DNA from: Catajapyx aquilonaris
Taxonomy: Eukaryota
Length of the DNA stretch: 38,608 nt
Direction: 5' to 3'
NCBI GenBank assembly: GCA_000934665.2
Contig: JYFJ02000185.1
Span: forward strand, 124,001 to 162,608
The translations under genes were made by a program, and so were the position numbers. Within the stretch, counting starts at the first letter, position 1. Each line of letters begins with the position of its first letter. Shown here piece by piece: positions 1 to 11,487 of the stretch. The notes under the pieces are model-generated. The model was not told the DNA's origin. It ran no database searches and saw only the letters and a list, made by a program, of their open reading frames with translations.

Positions 1-713
1 AAGTTCGCATGTTTGAAGCTTGCACCGAATGCGATAGTCTGCTGAGAGCGAAATGCACCGGAGGCTCGCATGATTATGCTTTGCTAATGAAAGCAATGCG
101 TCCTGGTCCATGTCACAGATTTCCGAAGGGCACAAAACATCGCTCTAAGTATTGTGTAGTGTATACATGAAGGGATGACTCTGGGATATAATAATTATTG
201 CGACTTTGAACTTTGCGCATCGAGATTCCCGATCATCAATTAAACGTACCATCCCCCTTAAATTACGGTAGGCTGTCAGACCCTGTTTCAAGGCACGTCT
301 TTTGGCCCCAACGTTTTCCGTCGACCGCTTTTCAGCACCAATGCAGCATAGGGGCCTTATATACGTACAGCCTGTTTTTCAGGGCGCGACGTAAACCGAT
401 AGACCAATACGCACTCTTTATAACGACGGCTTGTATCGACCTCTCCCTCCGATCCTATATGCATGCAAAGTGCCAACTCGTGCTTGTTTTTCATCACAGC
501 CGGAAATAGTCCCCCACACACCACATCAGAATTTCACTCACTTGTAATAAACTTAAGCATCATGTAACAAAACAGCTATTATGTCAAATGTCGAATTTAT
601 GAAGCGTTAAGATCATTTATTACTTTAAATTTCTTATTAGGGCAGACCCAACCGAACTCAAGCCTATTTGGGCTCAATCGCTGATATTTGTGGCCCCCAC
701 CTGATTGCTATTT

Positions 714-746
714 TGTAGTAGCAGCGACTGAATCGCCGCTACTACA
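714..746. repeat. Short hairpin/inverted repeat
   Basis: tgtagtagcagcga-ctgaa-tcgccgctactaca: 14-bp arms with one mismatch; flanking ttgtggcc/ggccacaa are also complementary. Confidence 0.6.
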
Positions 747-1445
747 GTGGCCACAATTCACTCCGTAACTACGAGCGCTAAATTATTCCTAGCCTATACA
801 CGCTTTCCTTTAATTCCAAAGATAGCGACGGGAGGCCGTGAAATGCGAGGAATGAGCACGCGCGTCATAATATAGTTGAGCTGCTGCACAAGTAGAAGGC
901 GGAGCACACAGAATCCATCAAACAAGAACGTGTACGGCATGAGCGATACAAGTGCATACCGACAGACACAGGCGAAACAGTCGGCCCCCGACAGCAGTGG
1001 CCAGCACTGCTGGGAAGACAATCAGGGGATCAAATGAGCAATCACCGCTGTCCTACGTGCTGAATACTAATTCTAATGCGACCATAAAACCTGACGGTTC
1101 CAAATTGAAATGTCTATAGATAAAACACAGCACTTGTCAGAAAACTGTGCCTCGTGGGTATATATGCGGGCCTCTCGGAATATGCGATAGACCCTGACAG
1201 CTGTAAAACCCCGCCCTGGTTTTTCCCAGCGATACGCAACCGAGCACGCTCCTGGTCCTTGTCTCTGAATACATGTCACATCAAAGAGATGGATGGATTT
1301 CCATGGGTCCTCTGAAAAGGGGCCCGGACAATCCGGGCGTCGGATGATGCCAATTTCATCCTGTATTAGCATAATAACTTTCCTGAACTTGCCTGAGCTT
1401 GCCTTAATTTTTGACTCCCGTTTATAAGAGCAAATCGTAGATTAA

Positions 1446-1565
1446 GGTCGGGTTTCACCAACCCGGTTAATTTAGAACCTCGGTAAAAGAATTTCCACAG
1501 TTTAACGATTGTTGACAACAATCAAAAGTAAGGATTTTTCGAAACCTGGTTGGTGAAACTGGTCA
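1446..1565. mobile_element. MITE, PIF/Harbinger (Tourist)-like, 120 bp
   Basis: Imperfect ~23-bp TIRs (ggtcgggtttcaccaacccggtt / aacctggttggtgaaactggtca), flanked on both sides by TAA (1443..1445, 1566..1568), the 3-bp TSD typical of this superfamily. Confidence 0.65.
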
Positions 1566-4015
1566 TAAGTGGAGTAAGTACTTGTGTCAACTACAAAGAA
1601 GAATTCTCCTACTCTTTTAATCCGGATTCCCCCCCAAAACAACAAATAGCTGTTAGTCCATCACCTGCTCTTTCCGCAAATTGGGGAAATAACAATTAAT
1701 TGGCCCGGATGAAGATGGATTGCCTTATCGGGGCAGGATATTTCATGGCGTCCGTTGCCATACACCCGGTTCCATCAATCAGTTTTTGGGGTGAGAAGCA
1801 CGTGCTCACAGAGAGTGTGTTGTAGGCTACTCCCGGATTTTTATGGTAGGTCACGTGACGATAGCCTCTGGTGCCTCATAATCCATCTACCCAAACCTTC
1901 ATCCCGTAGCCATCCCCCTCCCTCCCAGCACTTGAGTCCCCATGAGATAAGCCTAATCCGGGCCAATCCTTTCCCGAAAATCCCTCGAGTCCGGTCGGAT
2001 GAAACACTGTACACGACCAATAACAATTTGCCGGTACAAATCCCAGATGCACTGCCCCAATACGTACAGGGTGTTCCAATTGATATGTCGGCGGTTTTTG
2101 GCCCCTCAGTTTTAAGCAGATGGCGTTAGTGGCTATCAAAAGCATTGGCTGCCAATATTAGTTTAACTTTCTGACGCATATAATTTCCGTTTTCTCAGCG
2201 TGTAACGAGGCAAATTGAGGTTAAATAAAAGCGGTGGCAGTGCGGACAAGGGTGGCCCCTTGGTGAAGGGCTTGCCACAATTAGGAGGGTCAGGGCGGTA
2301 AAAGTAATTTGACGCCGCAGCAAGTTCCTTCCGTTCCGCATCGATCTGAGCTACGGGCATGAAGTAGCTCCGGGTGCTGGGTCGCCTAACACCATCAAGT
2401 TATCCGCTGCAATACCCGCAGCCATTATCTATCACATCCAAGAGGGGGGAGGGCGGCCCGGGGTCTCCTTCCCACCCACAGAAAACCGCCGTCGTTCCGG
2501 GCTGTTGGGTGTTAACTGCTGACCACAACTCTTCCGTCGTGAATCATCATTGTTCCTCAGCCTCCCCGCCGAGCCATGCAATTTCCTGGCCTGATGCATC
2601 ATTTAATCCTGCTTCCCTGTCCTTTTACTTTATGTACCGGTACCTGCTCAAACCTCGCTTTTAAAAACTATAGGCAAAATATTGAATCTTTAAATGCAAG
2701 AATCAGCATGTGACGTTGATGTACTAAACTGCATCATATATATACACTGCAGCATCGTAGCTCATCTTTTTGGAGCGATATGGTCCATGACCGAGGCTTT
2801 AATTATTGTGTCCGTCCACCCAAATTGAAAGTTTCGAGGCGGATATATGTTCGGCCGTTTAAGTGCGCCATAGCTTATAAGCATTTAATCCTCTCTTTTT
2901 GTTTCATCCATTCTGGTCTCACATACGCGTATTGAACGCCCTTTCCGCAGCAGACTATCACGCTAAAACAGGCAACAAACCCGAACGTTCAGATTGAAAC
3001 TTGCAACAATAACATTATAATTACCCGCACTTCATAGCCAATTAAACAATAAAAGAATGGATGCCCGTCCATTAATTAGCTGCCGTTTGATCGCTTTACG
3101 CGATTTTTACGATAGGATTGAATTTAATCTTTATAAATTCCACATCGTCAATCGGATCCCAAGTACTTGACAACTTTACCGGTATCCCCCCAAAAAATAG
3201 GTTTGCAAAATGAGCACCAATTAACTGTTTGACGTGCTTTGTTCATGTGCTCTACATTCACTTTGACATCTTCGCAATGGTGTTAACCGGGCGCCTATTG
3301 CCACAGTAAAAATTTGCCCAATGTCGTAATAGTTGAAGCCATGTTCGATGACATCTAGCTGCACTGACCTTGCTGGCCAGCAGGAATATTTTTCCGACGT
3401 AATGTGAAGGGTTTTTTTTTTTTTGCCATAATCTTCCTGCCGATGTGTCCTTTTGACTTGGCCCTTTAGAATCGCACATCCCAACACGACCTTGACAAGC
3501 AGTAGTCAGTGATCAGTGCGCCCGTGTGGATCATGTGCAATATTCGTGCGTCTTGGCTGCAAGGTTTGTTGCTGCAAGCCTAAACTGTTGAAAAGCGGAA
3601 CAGTATCGTTATTGTGCATTATTTATTTATTTATTTATTCTGGGCATTAATCGCACATCGTTACAGAGGGATGTGACCTTGAGCCTGCCTTTTTGGAGCG
3701 ATGTGTCAACTGCACCTTCATGTTTGGGCAAGACAAGAAAATGGCTTCGGTTGAGGAAGATTGGATTATTGCATAATTTTTTAATCGAGTAAGTACACCG
3801 GTACCTAATTAGGATGTTATTAATGATCTTCGGTTTCAATGGTCATATTGGGCATTGCAGAGCCATTGAGTCTGTGGGTAGCCTCATGAGACTCCCATAT
3901 CATTGTTCCAAATAGTGAAAGTGCTCCGACCTATTCTTCTAAGATGGTGGAAAGAACTGTGATAACATAAATTCAGAAATATCTCTCATCTGTAAAATCA
4001 TCATCTAGGCTTGGA

Positions 4016-4410
4016 AGTTGAGAACTGTCAAATTTCTCCATTTCAAATGGCGTCAGAGGACGCTAAGAACCTTCCATAATTTGACATTCGATTTACAGTA
4101 TAGGGCTATATGACAATAGCTTGCTGTTTGTGGCCGATTTTTGAGTTTCATGTGGTTTTTGGCAATAATTGTAATATAATTATAATGTGCGCATGCATGA
4201 TTCACAATTGTAATAAAATAATTTGAGGTAAGGCATTGCCACATTTTAGAGCCAGCTTATATTTGATCAATATTAGTTTTAGGTGAACAATGTGCTGCTC
4301 AAATGTTTGGTTATCATTTACAATGATAAAGTTGAAGCTAAAAATTATGACAGGTTTCTAAAGCATTTTGCGGTCATTTCAAATGCAAATAGTGGCAAAT
4401 GTTTAAATGT
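4016..4410. repeat. Degenerate palindromic (foldback/MITE-like) element, same family as the core of 14420..15610
   Basis: Left arm ...catttcaaatgg...ctaagaaccttcc and right arm ...ggtcatttcaaatgcaaatagtggcaaat match the two arms at ~14890-14970 and ~15110-15180. Confidence 0.6.
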
Positions 4411-4867
4411 CAATGTCATATTTCCACAACGCAAAGGACATAATATTCAAAACACGTTTCATTTTTCCCCATTGAAATCCTTCTCCAAATGCTGTTGCAA
4501 ACTTTATTGCACTAAGCTGCTTATTATTAGGCAGTTACTCTTGCATAGCTACTCTTAACGGTTATCGGAAGTATTAGCTGCTAATATTAGTAAGAATTGA
4601 ATTAATACATAACCAAGCTCTGAATTTGAAATCATGGAATTTCCACTTCAATAAGACTAAATGCAACAATTGGCATCAACCTGAATGATGTATAATTCAT
4701 TTTTGTAACCTTTATAAAGGGAGAATACAATGCAACCTGGTAAATGCTTTTGATAACCTCTGAAAGTAGGCCTAACCATGCAAAAGTCACTGCATGGCAA
4801 AGTAGACATCATGTCCCACAAAGAGGCAATGAGCAGCCACAACTACACTTGAAGAATTACTTTCATG

Positions 4868-6660
4868 TTGACCTATACTCATTACTGTCATTGCAGATGG
4901 TGCATCTGATTGGTCTCTGCACAAGTCATCATCTACCTGATTCTGCCAAGCCAACAACCACTTTGGCCTCATCCAAATCAACTTCTGCGATCAAGCGATA
5001 CGAGCTGCTGTCGTCCTCAGATGCCACAGACCTTATTCTGTTTCCATCTACTAACCTGGAAGACCAGACATGGACAATTGGACATGGTAAGCATTACATA
5101 ATTTATGTTGGCCTACCTCATAATTATGTTGAAGTGTTGAAGCTATTGTACGTTAGGTATAGTGAATCAGACACTGAGGTTAGTGCTTGGTCATAATATA
5201 CGCATACTAACTTAATGAGGAACTATGCACATGTGGTTAGTCGAGTAGCCTTTCGAAAACTTGCAAAGTAAAACAGGGTTGACATGTTAACTGGGACATT
5301 GCCAGAGATGGACATCACTCGTTTTAAAAGAAGTTAAATTTTCTACTCTCCTCTACAGAGCTGAGTGTTTTCAATAAAAAAAAATCTCTCCCCATTATTT
5401 CTTAATTGCCTTGATTTCCATTCCATTCACTCTACCTAAAAATTAAGTTAATTCGAAAATTAATTCCATCCAAGATTCCATCTCTTAATGAATGGTGTCT
5501 GTCACTGCCCACAATTATTTTGACAGAAATGTTTAAAAACCATTTCACTTCTGCACAAACAGGGTTCAGCATTGTTGAGTTACAGTACCAGCCTACCAGG
5601 GAATTCAGAGGCATTTTTCCATCGAAGGTTAAGGAGAGAGAACTGCTGTCTCTAGTGTTGGTCGTATAATCATGGAAAAACATAGGCCACAGCCGCTTCC
5701 TTCCATCCCTATCCCGTCCCAAAAAAAAAGCGGAATAAAGTGTACAAGAGTTCCAGCCAAAAAAAAAAACAAAATCTCCCCCCTAAAAAGCCAAAACGGC
5801 TTCAATGGGGTATGATATTATTATTATTATTATTATAATCATGGAAAAACATCTCTTGATGCTGATTTATTCTGTTGCAATGAATTATTGTGTTCTCTAT
5901 GGCTGGGAAGTACTGTACATTCTTTGAAAGGTATCATGCCACTGTGCCAAAATGATGTTACTTTCCATAATTCATCATGCAACCAAATAATATTCTACCA
6001 GTTATTTTTGAAAGCGTGTGCTTTGAGTCTTGCATCATTTACATCACAAGCCTTTAATTGCACTGATGCAAATAGCATGATAACTATTCTTATAAGCCCT
6101 TTGCACTGATGATGGTTTTTCCAGTTATAGTTTCCTAGTGTGATATCAGTATGACTATATTCTAAGGATGATTACATTGTTCTGGGGAGATTTCAAGAAG
6201 GCATTTGATGCTATGAAGCTACTCAACCTACTATCACATGTAGTGGCATTTTGGCATCATAAATTTGCAAGATTGTTTCGCAAACAATCACATTTATGTG
6301 CAGCTCTTCCACTGTGTAAGTGCTCATGTAATTTAGCTGGAATTCTAGTTAATGTATGCTAAGCCATATTACTACAGAGCAGAAATGTGTGTTATTATTC
6401 ACATATATGTGAATAATAGCAACTTAATGTGCAATGTTGAAGGTGATGAAAGTAACTATGCAAATGAAGATATTTGGCTGACACACATTCAATATTGTTT
6501 TCCAGATCTTGAGCACTCTTAGCCTATTGGACCTAATTGGCAAATTAATTCGATACAAGTCACACTTGGATCAAATGGTTTTCATTCCTCATTCACTTCC
6601 TTTTTGTCTTGCATCCATTCATTTCAGTTCACCAATTAATTCGAGCTAATTCGCCAATTC
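4868..6660 (+). repeat. Tandem segmental duplication, copy A (~1.8 kb)
   Basis: Colinear anchors shared with copy B: gacctatactcattac, ctgattggtctctg, cctggaagaccagaca, ttccattccattcact, acttctgcacaaa, atcatggaaaaa, ctatcacatg, gaagatatttgg, tttgtcttgcatccattcatttcagttcacca. Confidence 0.9.
5684..5833 (+). mobile_element. Short retroposon insertion (SINE or 5'-truncated non-LTR element) with (TTA)n tail and long TSD
   Basis: Direct repeat tataatcatggaaaaacat at 5665..5683 and 5834..5852 flanks ~150 bp ending in a (tta)n run; copy B has a single atcatggaaaaa (~7870), i.e. the empty site. Confidence 0.8.
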
Positions 6661-7124
6661 TGAGACAAAACCATATTGTGTGGCAGTGCAACCTGGTATT
6701 AGTATAGCTAATTATTCTCTTGATAACTTCTCTGTATCTCTGCAAAAGACACTGCACGGCAAAACATATAAATGACACAAAGAAACAATGAGCACCCTCA
6801 ATGACAGACATATGAGATGTGACCTATACTCATTACACTTTGCAGAATGATGATACAGCTGATTGGTCTCTGTACATCACCTGCCTGATTCTGGCAAACT
6901 AGGAACCACTCTGGCCTCGTCCCAATCAACTTCTGCCATCAAGAGGTGTGAGCTGCTGTGATCATCAGATGCATCAAACCTTTGGTTGCCATAATCTACT
7001 TATCCTGGAAGACCAGACACGGACATGGTAAGCATTGCACTTGTATACCTCATGTGTTTTAAGAGCTGAAGCTATCCATACGTGTAATAGATAATGAGTT
7101 AGGAAGCCAACAGATATTGTAGGT

Positions 7125-7423
7125 AGTGCTTGGGCAGTTAAAACAGCAGTTATTCGAAGAAGAAGTAATCAAAGTAATTCCAAAATTGGGTGGTTATTAT
7201 ATTAACTCCATAACCTAAGATGGGCATCACTCATTTTAAAATGGATTAATTATTTTATATTCATTTACCAGTGTTTTCCATGCCCATTTGTTTTCCATCA
7301 TTTTTTTCCCTGCCCCAATCTTCCTAGTTGCCTTCATTTCCATTCCATTCACTTCACCTAAAATAGTTAATCCGAAAATTAATTCCATCTTGAAATGAAT
7401 GTTGCCTATCACTGCCCGCAACT
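7125..7423. mobile_element. Possible older MITE remnant within the duplicated unit
   Basis: agtgcttgggcagttaaaacagcagttattc is an imperfect inverted match to gaatgttgcctatcactgcccgcaact; no TSD found. Confidence 0.3.
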
Positions 7424-7471
7424 GTAAGTTGACAGAAAAGGCTCATAAACCATTTTACTTCTGCACAAATA

Positions 7472-7750
7472 CAGGGTGTAAATCCTAAGTGTGTCACCAG
7501 AAAAGGTGGTGGTAGAGGGTGCAGGTGTGAGCAGTTTTGCATAAGGAACTAGGGGTCTACCTGCCACGCCCCCCCCCTCACCCACTCCGCCGCGTGCCGC
7601 ACGCCTGTTGCACACTGTCTGCCGCAAACTTGAAAGGGGCGTAACTCGGTGAGGGTGCGTTTCCGACCCCTAGTTCCTCATGCAAAAATGCTCACACCTG
7701 CGCCCTCTACCACCATCTTTTCTGGTGACACGCTTAGGATTTACACCCTG
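7472..7750. mobile_element. MITE, Tc1/mariner-type, 279 bp
   Basis: ~85-bp near-perfect TIRs starting CAGGGTGTAAATCCTAAG and ending CTTAGGATTTACACCCTG; TA TSD at 7470..7471 and 7751..7752; absent at the homologous site of copy A (~5560). Confidence 0.92.
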
Positions 7751-8844
7751 TAGAGTCGAGCATGCTGGAGTTACAGTATAGAGAGCAATTCAGTGATATT
7801 TCCACCAATCAAAGGTTAAGAAGAGACAGGTGCCTCTCTCCTACGACTGGCAGTGCTTGCTCATGCCATCATGGAAAAAAATATCCCTTGATGATGAACT
7901 ATTTCTGTTGCAATGAATAATTGTATTCTCTATGGCTTGGAAGTAATTCTTTGAAAGTTGTCATGCCAAAATGATGTTAATTTCCAGAAATCATTATGCA
8001 AAAAAAATTCTACCAGTTGCTTTTGAAGAAGACATGAGAAACTATCACATGCGTAGTGGCATCTCATCAAAATGTCACTTTCAATATCTATTTTCAAACA
8101 ATCACATTTCTGTGTAGCTCTGCCACTACATAAGAGCTCATGTAATTTAGCTGGACTGCTTCCAATTAATGTATGCCAAGCCATACTATATGTTTGGCCT
8201 TGTACAGTGTTATTATTTACAGATGTGAATAACGGAATCTTAATGTGCAATGTAACTCTCTTTAAATGAAGATATTTGGTTGATCCAATGTGTCTTTTCA
8301 GTCCTTGAGCAATCTCTCATAGCCCGTTTGTCCCAATTACCAAATTAATTCAATAGAAGTCATACCTGGATCACTTTTTGTCTTGCATCCATTCATTTCA
8401 GTTCACCAGGGAATTAAATTTGCCAATTTAGTCAAAGATCCTTTGATACATCTTATGAAATGATTGGGCTTAAATTGTGTTTTTGGGGATTGATTTCATT
8501 GTTGCACATTATAACATTGCAGGGTTTGAAGTATAATAGCTGTTTAAGTTTCATTTATGCGAAGGTTCTGGGTTGTTTGCAGGCAGAAAATATAATTAAC
8601 TGACACCTCAAATGCCATTTCAATCACTTGATGGTTCAACATCTTTGTGGTGATCAATGAAATTCGACTCTTATTTAATTGTCAAGTTTGAGATAGTTAC
8701 ATCCTAATCTCCTGTATTTCCAGTAAATGCATTGTGAAAAACACAAGTAGCCTAATAATGAATAGCTCTTGATCATTCTGAGTTTTTGGTCAATCAGTTT
8801 TATCCTTTTTTTAGATTGTGTTGGGCAGTCTGAAGCATAGCTGT

Positions 8845-9010
8845 TTGTACATCCTGGGAAAAAAAGCTGGAGCAGCAGTCAGAAGAGCAACTATTATTGT
8901 GGACATCATTATTGCACAGCCTGGAAAGTATCAAGCAGCCTAACACAAGTTACTTTGAATATCCTGGAAAAAAGCAGCAGTCAGAACTGTTATTTGTGAA
9001 CATCTTTATT
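8845..9010 (+). repeat. Short imperfect direct repeat (2 x ~60 bp)
   Basis: atcctgg(g)aaaaaa...gcagcagtcagaa...ctattattgtggacatc recurs about 110 bp later as atcctggaaaaaagcagcagtcagaactgttatttgtgaacatc. Confidence 0.7.
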
Positions 9011-9052
9011 TCTATTTTTGTACAATGTATAGTGGCTGTAAGAAATAAAGAA

Positions 9053-9265
9053 AGTGCCGTTGCCTCTCCTCCCTCTGCCTATACTGATGGCCGGGGAGAG
9101 AGGCTTCGGACGATGGGGGCACTATGGGCAATGTAAGCTACGTTGCCTCCCAGGGCTTGCCCTGGGGGGATAGGGGAGGCAACGTAGCTTACATTGTACG
9201 TGCACCCCATTCACCGAAGCCTCACCCTGACCAACATCAGGCAGAGGGGGAGGGACAGAGGCACT
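9053..9265. repeat. GC-rich ~210-bp palindrome (MITE/foldback-like)
   Basis: Core caatgtaagctacgttgcctccc / gggaggcaacgtagcttacattg is perfectly complementary; outer arms gaggcttcgg/ccgaagcctc, ctgatg/catcag, ccctctgcc/ggcagaggg and agtgcc/ggcact also pair. Confidence 0.85.
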
Positions 9266-9457
9266 GGATCGAACGAATGGGACTCTCTCAACGGACTCTG
9301 AAAAATGTTTACAGGTGAAAGGGGGCGGGGTTTCAAGATATGCTCCGCGACAGCGGACTTTGCGAATGCAGGGGCGGCCGGGGCCGCCCGAAATTACGCC
9401 CGGACGACCCCGGCCTTTTTTTCGACGACTAAAACGACAGTTTTAAGCGTGCAAGTT

Positions 9458-9506
9458 TTCCTCCCTTCGATGTCATGCACTTGGCACATGACATCGAAGG
9501 GGGGAA
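9458..9506. repeat. Hairpin, 20-bp stem with one mismatch, 9-nt loop
   Basis: ttcctcccttcgatgtcatg-cacttggca-catgacatcgaaggggggaa. Confidence 0.85.
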
Positions 9507-11487
9507 GCCTAAATGCAGGCGGTAAATCTTCATCTCTTCAACATCATGAGCCAAGAAGTATTAGCACATGATGCCAAAACTAGGAAGATTTGTTGAAGGT
9601 GGTAAAAGTAGTCAGGAGATTGGGATGACAGGGTAAAGGATGCTGAAGACTCTACTGAAAAGAAGAAAACAGGGATACAAGGAAATGACGCTGATAATTT
9701 CGGCCAGGACTGGCTTCCAGAGTGGCACCATCTCTGCAGCAGGCTGGAAATAGAACAAAAATAATAAATTCTCAATTAGAAAACATACAATAATTAGAAA
9801 AGGCCCAATGCAATTACATGGATATTGAACTTAATACATAGCTTCCTGCGCACAGAAATTAGGCGAATTTTAGCTGACATTCCCAGCCAAACACCACAAA
9901 ACAGCTGCATTTGCAATTTACGGGGTCTCGTCCTTGTTCAACGAGAGCAATCCCAAAGAAGATGATAAACGTCAAGTGGAAGATCCTCAAGACGTTTGCA
10001 GAGAACTGATAGAAATTGGAAATACTGCAAACATCAGGGGTTCCCAACAATGCTTTGCCAGAATGCTGATGTCAACAAAAAAAACCCTCATGCTGTAAAG
10101 GCAATGAGCAATTCCACCTGCAAAGACTTCAAGCTCAACACAAGAGGTTTCCCCCCATTTCCCAAGAGAAAGCAGATCCATTCAGAATAATGTCATTTTA
10201 TTGCTGTCAGTAAATTCCCTCAATAGTCAACATTGAACAGGCGCAAACACTCAAATCCATGCAAGTGCATTGAGACCTTGATCTTTCTCGTGATACTGAC
10301 CTACGTCTCGTTATGTGGGCGTCATCCTCTGGTAATAACGGTCCTGGAAATCACTGCTTCTCTTCCTTCAAGCAAAAGAAATCTGAAAGCAACAGAGATG
10401 CAAGAATGTTAAGACGTCAAGTCAGGTGAAACCGTTAACATGTGCAATCCATTGTTATGCAAGAACCAATATACACTGAAATGCCAAAAGTCATGTAACT
10501 TGTTACATCGTGAGGCAGGATGAACACATTGCTTGGTGATGGATGGACGACTCTGGGAAATTCAAGAAGGATAATGGAGTTACATCAGGCCCATGCCCAG
10601 AATCGGTTCGAGGAATGATGTGGCCAGTACGTGGTGTTGGAGAGGTCTATTTTCACTAGATCCTACATCTTCACTAATCCAGAGAGCTGTGGGTGGCTAT
10701 CGAGATGGCATGGCTCAACATCTCTCTGGGTCTTCTCTCCACATATGGAATCAATGCCACGTCGATTTGCTCCACTTTGCCAGGCTAGAGGGTAGGCCTA
10801 CCTATCCCATGACTTTTGGCACTTCCAGTGTAATGCAGCATGCACGAACAGATGCCCGTTAATTAAAATGCTATACGCTATAATCGCTAAATTATTGCTA
10901 AAGCTCGTCCAGAAAAAATATGCTCTAACACGAGTCAAAATAGCAGCAGCAATCAGGGTTGGTCACTGATGCAATAGCATATGACAATACAAAAGCAATT
11001 AGAAAAAGTCCCAACGACCACCAAGCCGATACTGGGAGTCTCATTTGATAATCACAAACATCTATTGGCAATTGCCAGTAAATTATATGACAGGCACAAC
11101 TGAGCATTCAATTCGACTTAATTACATTCAACTCTGAAGCGAGTTACTATGACCTTCACTGCTGCACTCGATTTGGGCAATGCATTGTGCATGAATGGAT
11201 CGACTTCTCTTCCACATTTAACACAATGCCTACCATCCAGCATTTCAATTTGCTCAATCAAGAAAATTAAATACCCATTCACTTCCATTTTTGAATTATA
11301 TTCATCATTGTACAGGACTGTCATTGGTTAGATTATTATTGAGGTCTTTTTCAAATGGAAATTGTGGCACTCTGCTTCTTTTGTCAAGCCCCAAAAGACA
11401 ATCTAATGACCTTTGGCATCTCAGGCAAGAACACCTTTCTTCCAGGCCACACACCCCTATACTTGCCCAACGGCAATCAAGGTCACT

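Larger units (their letters stand above)
6819..8430 (+). repeat. Tandem segmental duplication, copy B (~1.6 kb)
   Basis: Same anchors as copy A, offset ~1.75-2.2 kb depending on indels. Confidence 0.9.

Noticed and set aside
2576..2639. Possible signal-peptide first exon (MQFPGLMHHLILLPCPFTLCT, gccATG)
   Set aside because: Weak donor (gtacct), poor hydrophobic core and no downstream coding exons identified.
4744..5196. 150-aa ORF over the duplicated cassette
   Set aside because: Frame is not preserved in the duplicate copy and no homology is recognised.
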